Shown here piece after piece: positions 58,794-64,000 of a stretch of 64,000 nt of DNA. The notes below the pieces were generated by a model, which saw only the letters and a list, made by a program, of their open reading frames with translations, was not told the origin of the DNA and searched no databases. The first letter of the stretch is position 1, and each line of letters begins with the position of its first letter. The position numbers were made by a program, and so were the translations under genes. Source of the DNA: Oikopleura dioica (taxonomy: Eukaryota > Animalia > Chordata); NCBI GenBank assembly GCA_907165135.1, contig OU015568.1:7130001-7194000 (forward strand). The letters are read 5' to 3'.

Positions 58794-61700
58794 TTACACG
58801 CTGCAAAAAGCCTGCTCGGCGCCATCATCTGAGTCTGTATCGCTGTCAACAATTGAGTGAGAGTTGTTCTTGTTATTCATGCTCAAGCTCACAGACTTGG
58901 TTGGCTGTTTTACTGGTGGAGTTGGTGTTGGCGGAAGAGTTGGGATCGTTGAGCTGTTGGACAAGACAGATTCGTTATCACTAGAACTCGATTAGTTTTA
59001 ATCATTAGTCTGAATTTACCTGTTTGAAGCGTCGGAAAAGACATCTTCTTCCTTGCTTTCCGCCTTTTTCACAGAACTCTGATCCGCCTTCTCTTCTTCC
59101 GGGTCAATAGCATTCTGATTTGGCTCTTCTAAAATCGTCGTCAATAGATCATCGTCAGGATCTTCATAGACAATCGGATGCGTCTGAAGACGTTTTCGAG
59201 GAGAAGCGCGCTCGCGGCTGATTCTGTCAAAATTTTCCATGAGCAAAGCCATTTGATTTTTGATCAATTCGACGTCGCTTTTGAGCGAGTCCATGAACTG
59301 CTTATGCCGCGTCGCCTCGTCAATCCAGTCAAGGTCGATCAGGTTATCCTTCATCAGCATTGCTCGGCCCTTTTCTTCCAAGATTTTCTTCGCATCTGGG
59401 TATTCCACGAGTACTTCCGTTAAATCTTCTTTGGCCAAGCAAAACAGGTCAGAAAATCCGATCGATCTGACATTCGCTGTTCTTCGATTTCCCGCCTTGG
59501 AGCCGGGAATTTCCATGATCGAAATTTCACCAAAGTACTTTCCGCTGCTCAACACGCAAAATCGAGTCTTTCCATCGTCGGCGACTACTTCCAGATCTCC
59601 CTGTAGAATAATATACATTTCCTTTCCAATATCTCTAGGGATATCGCACAAATTTTCAGGTACCCGAAAAAAGGGTCCAGACCAAATTTTAGACAGATGA
59701 TCTAGTAGAACTTTGGACGAGGATTTCAATGCTACCAAAATCATTTCATAATAATGAGTCATTTTCGTAAAAATTGCCTTCAAAAAGCTCATTTTTCGGA
59801 TCAGTACGAGGACTGTTTTGTCGTTAATGATTTTATATTTTTTCCTTATAGATATTGCGCTGAGAAATCCAAATCTGAAAAAAAATTCACTGACGCACCT
59901 CGCATTTTGAAAATATGATTTTTTAAAGTTTTCCGAGGTGAATTCTGAGCGGCGTTGCGTCATTTTGGAGGCGGCCGCACGGGGGCGCGCGCGCTGCATG
60001 GCCAAGCTAGCCCGACTCACATTCTTTTCTCTTTACTATTTTATGCTATTTTCCATAAAATTGCATATTTTTGGAGCTTTTATCAGACTTCAGCAACAGA
60101 CTTCTTGGCAAAAGTCCGCTATGACAACTGATCCAGTATAAATTATACTGTATAATTGAGTACAAATAATAAAACTGCGTATGAGACCGTTCCTTTAAGA
60201 TTCGCGCACTTTTCCGTAAAAAATTGTTCAAAAATAAAAAAATTAAGAAACGGGGATGAGACGGCCCGAAGGGCCGGAAAGCCCCTCAAATTCTAAAATG
60301 AAGGAACGGGGCTGAGACGGCCCGTAAGGCCGGCAAGCCCCTAAAATTCAAAAGTAAAATATCGGGGCTGAGATGGCCCGAAGGGCAAACAAGCCCCTTC
60401 AATTAAAAAATTAAAGAACGAGGCTGAGACGGCCCGAAAGGCCGGCAAGCCCCTTAAATTCAAAAAAAGAGGAACGGAGCTGAGACGGCCCGAAAGGCCG
60501 GCAAGCCCCTTAAATTCTAAAATAGAGGAACGGGGCTGAGACGGCCCGAAAGGCCGGCAAGCCCCTTAAATTCAAAAATAAAGGAACGGGGCTGAGACGG
60601 CCCGAAGAGCCGGCGAGCCCCTCAAATTCAGAAATAAAGGGGACGTGGCTGAGACATCCCGTTGCCCCGCTCCTTGATTTTTAAATTTAAGGGGCTTGAC
60701 GGCCCTTTGGGCCATTTCAGCCCCGCTCCTTGATTTTTAAATTTAATGGGCTTGACGGCCCTTCGGGCCGTTTCAGCCCCGCTCCTTGATTTTTAAATTT
60801 AAGGGGCTTGACGGCCCTTCGGGCCGTTTCAGCCCCGCTCCTTGATTTTTAAATTTAAGGGGCTTGACGGCCCTTCGGGCCGTTTCAGCCCCGCTCCTTG
60901 ATTTTTAAATTTAAGGGGCTTGACGGCCCTTCGGGCCGTTTCAGCCCCGCTCCTTGATTTTTAAATTTAAGGGGCTTGACGGCCCTTCGGGCCGTTTCAG
61001 CCCCGCTCCTTGATTTTTAAATTTAAGGGCTTGACGGCCCTTCGGGCCGTTTCAGCCCCGCTCCTTGATTTTTAAATTTAAGGGGCTTGACGGCCCTTCG
61101 GGCCGTTTCAGCCCCGCTCCTTGATTTTTAAATTTAAGGGGCTTGACGGCCCTTCGGGCCGTTTCAGCCCCGCTCCTTGATTTTTAAATTAAAGGGGCTT
61201 GACGGCCCTTCGGGCCGTTTCAGCCCCGCTCCTTGATTTTTAAATTTAAGGGCTTGACGGCCCTTCGGGCCGTTTCAGCCCCGCTCCTTGATTTTTAAAT
61301 TTAATGGGCTTGACGGCCCTTCGGGCCGTTTCAGCCCCGCTCCTTGATTTTTAAATTTAAGGGCTTGACGGCCCTTCGGGCCGTTTCAGCCCCGCTCCTT
61401 GATTTTTAAATTTAAGGGCTTGACGGCCCTTCGGGCCGTTTCAGCCCCGCTCCTTGATTTTTAAATTTAAGGGGCTTGACGGCCCTTCGGGCCGTTTCAG
61501 CCCCGCTCCTTGATTTTTAAATTTAAGGGGCTTGACGGCCCTTCGGGCCGTTTCAGCCCCGCTCCTTGATTTTTAAATTTAAGGGGCTTGACGGCCCTTC
61601 GGGCCGTTTCAGCCCCGCTCCTTGATTTTTAAATTTAAGGGGCTTGACAAAGGCCGGGAACTCTGAGTAGATCAATTTGTTGTTTTTGATCAACATTTGA

Positions 61701-64000
61701 TCAAATTGAGTTGATCAATTTGTTCCCAACTCCGCCCACACCCATGGTTTTAAAAATTCATATTATATTAGTTTTTTCCTCTTTTATGGTTTTGATTTAC
61801 CCGCCGATCTAGAAGGATTTATGCATAATTTTGCGCTCCTTCGGAGCAAAATGAGCGACCATTTAACTTCGACTTTGGAAGGTTGCATTCCGAATAGAAG
61901 CGAAGGCTCAGCTCAGTTCAGCAATTTTGAGGTGAGGTTCAGCTCACCTCAGCTCAGCTCAATTTTTTGAAAAGTCTAGCTCTGCTCAGTTGTTTTCGAA
62001 AAGGGCCATCTCAGCTCATCTCAGCTCAATCTTGACCTCAGCTCTGCTGGCTCAGCTCAGAAAAAATTTTCAAAAATCTGCAACTCTGCGTGAAACTGAT
62101 TTTCTTTTCTTCTCTTTCTTTTTGTTGAACAGGTTTGATTCACGTTCGGCGATGCGCGAACATGTCGCGGAACTTGTCCATCTTTTCGTTTTGATCTTCG
62201 AATTTGAGCTTGAGCTCTTCATATTCGAACTCCATCTGTTCAAATTGCTTGTTCGAGCTGCTTCCCCTAAGAATCTCCTCGTTAGTTGCCGACATATGCT
62301 TCAGACATTCAATTTCTTCTTGGCATTTTTGAAGAGATACAGATTCGGCGAGAGTTCAGACTGGACCGATTGTTTTTCCTTGGTAACCGAGCCCATCTTC
62401 ATTTTCAGCTGTTTGAGCATTGACATTTGTTTTCGTAAGAACGCACGGAGGTCTTCCAGCGTGTCAATCTTCGACTGAGAGTCGATCACATTTCGACACA
62501 ACGAGTTCCTTCATCGTCCTCGACCGCAAAAAGAATTCGGAAAGAATCTTTGGCGCAATTTCTCGTTTCTGCGCGCAGTTTTTGCCTCGCCGATTCCACA
62601 ACAGAAAAGAACTTCAAAGATGCGCTTTTATCTCTTGCTGATTCCTTGAGAGAACAGTTTTCGAGAAATAGCAAGCAAAAGTTACGCTTCTTTCACCTCT
62701 TGGACAGATGCTTCCCGACGAAAAAGGCTCGTAATGGCCAGAGTTGACTTTACATACAACCTTCAGAAACTCTCTACAGCGTCATCTTCCATAATTTTTG
62801 AATAAATGGTAAATAGAGTGGTCTTCAAGGATTATTTTGGTCCAAGAATCATGGAATTTTAACGCTCCAGTCCCGAGAAATCATCATTTTAGTAATGCTC
62901 ACCGACCCTTTTTGTGAACAAGGCTTTCAGGAGCGTCAACCAATCAGCGCGCAGCTGAAAACAGAAAAGCGCCACAAGCGTCGAGAGAGAAAAAAACAAC
63001 TCCCGGAAGTTCATTTCTAGCGATTGGAAGATGCGTCAGTGAAAATTTTTGCAGATTTGGAATTCTGGTTCAAATTAATGTTAGTCTAGCATTTAAAAAA
63101 TCAAAGATCTTGAAAGCTTCACCAAGATCGAAAAAATCACACTTTGACACGTCATTTTTACGATAATGACTAATAATTATGAAAAGATTTTTGCACCTCT
63201 AGAATCGCCGTCCAAAGTTCTACTAGTTCATCAATTTGAAAATTGATCTGGACCCTTTTTTCGGGTACCTGAAAATTTGTGCGATATCCCTAAATATCTC
63301 CCTTTCGGCAAATGTAATCTCCGGGCGAGAAAATTTGCGGCTTGAGACGGAGGACCAGCTCAACGAGAAATCCCTTTTCGCAATCGCGAAAGAGAGCTAC
63401 TCTTCTGAGTGTTTCTGAAAGACGGATTAGCCTCCCAGATGATCGTTTATTTGCGGCTTACCGAGATGAACATTGATAGCGATCTCGGCCCTGAGCTTGT
63501 CCGGCAGGTGGCTCAGCACGCCAACTTCATCTACTCCTTTCTTTGAGCCCCAAAGATAGCTGAACCAGTTCACGATTTTCGATTGCAAGTCGCTATCAAC
63601 AGATCTCAGTTCCATGTACTAAGCAAACGGTGAAAACCAAACTCAAAATCAACAACTTTCAAACCTGTTTGAGCGCATCCATTCGTCCCTGAAACTCGGT
63701 TTTCGTCGCTTTCATGTTCGAAATCATAGTTCCGACTTCTCCAACAATCGTGGCAAAAATGAAGATTCCGATGAGGAAGTTTGATATTTGGAAAATGTAC
63801 TCAAAGTTGGTCTCTGGCTTTTCATGGCTCAACAAATGCTCAAAAAAGGGGAAAATATGGTTAGCGCGTAGGAACCATTTGGGAGCCAACATTTTGGAGT
63901 TTCGCCGATTGTCGCGAGGGTTAAGGTTGACCAGTACATTGAGTAGATATACTAGAACAAATTTGATGAGAAAAATGAGCAGAAAAAAGTACCCTTCTTC
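58794..64000 (-). CDS. Cyclic nucleotide-gated channel alpha-type subunit (runs off the window), CNBD exon interrupted by a hAT-like element
   Basis: Pore [14 protein letters not shown]; S6 [22 protein letters not shown]; C-linker [15 protein letters not shown]; [26 protein letters not shown]|[35 protein letters not shown]. Exons at ~58330-58720 may extend the C-terminus. Confidence 0.93.
59636..63292. mobile_element. Non-autonomous hAT-like DNA transposon, 3657 bp (copy C, near-identical to copy A)
   Basis: Same 46-bp TIR as copy A; different 8-bp TSD AATATCTC (59628-59635, 63293-63300). Confidence 0.95.
60245..61648. repeat. Hairpin tandem array inside copy C, with an orientation switch at ~60655
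   Basis: Same organisation as 17924-19320: diverged forward monomers, then ~17-18 homogeneous reverse monomers. Confidence 0.95.

Noticed and set aside
59016-60020. Treating the 334-aa ORF as the native N-terminus of a CNBD protein
   Set aside because: Its first ~128 residues come from the transposon end; the true upstream channel exons lie beyond 63293.
59636-63292. Assembly artefact explaining the duplicate of 17314-20965
   Set aside because: Each copy has its own 8-bp TSD and unique flanks that rejoin into sensible sequence, as expected for independent insertions. Exact monomer counts could still be mis-assembled.

Overview
Compact animal genomic DNA: AT-rich, with many 30-60 bp GT-AG introns and genes packed head-to-tail. 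The architecture and gene content most resemble the appendicularian tunicate Oikopleura dioica (inference, not verified by search). Recognisable genes on the + strand are PRPSAP, a DEG/ENaC channel (nested in an AATF intron) and RPA2. On the - strand there is a long co-oriented, operon-like run (CCDC186, ATP6V0C, SNRPG, RUNDC1, IBA57, GSTK1, a LAMP-like gene, SYS1, AATF, DRC3, a PAM2/PPG-motif protein, PPP1R10/PNUTS-like) plus a CNGA-type channel. The window is rich in non-autonomous DNA transposons with intact TIRs and TSDs (hAT-like, piggyBac-like, Foldback/MULE-like). Four hAT-like insertions with 8-bp TSDs sit in minus-strand reading frames: three split exons of conserved genes (DRC3, CCDC186, CNGA) and one splits a probable exon of an unknown gene. 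Three of the four are about 3.5-3.65 kb and carry arrays of a 55-56 bp hairpin-forming repeat; two near-identical copies also carry a captured, decayed gene fragment with promoter-like motifs. A spliced gene at about 9.3-11.6 kb encodes an unusual kinase + papain-fold (Q-x5-C, H-x15-N) + UBA architecture. Exon boundaries were read by eye and are approximate unless stated.
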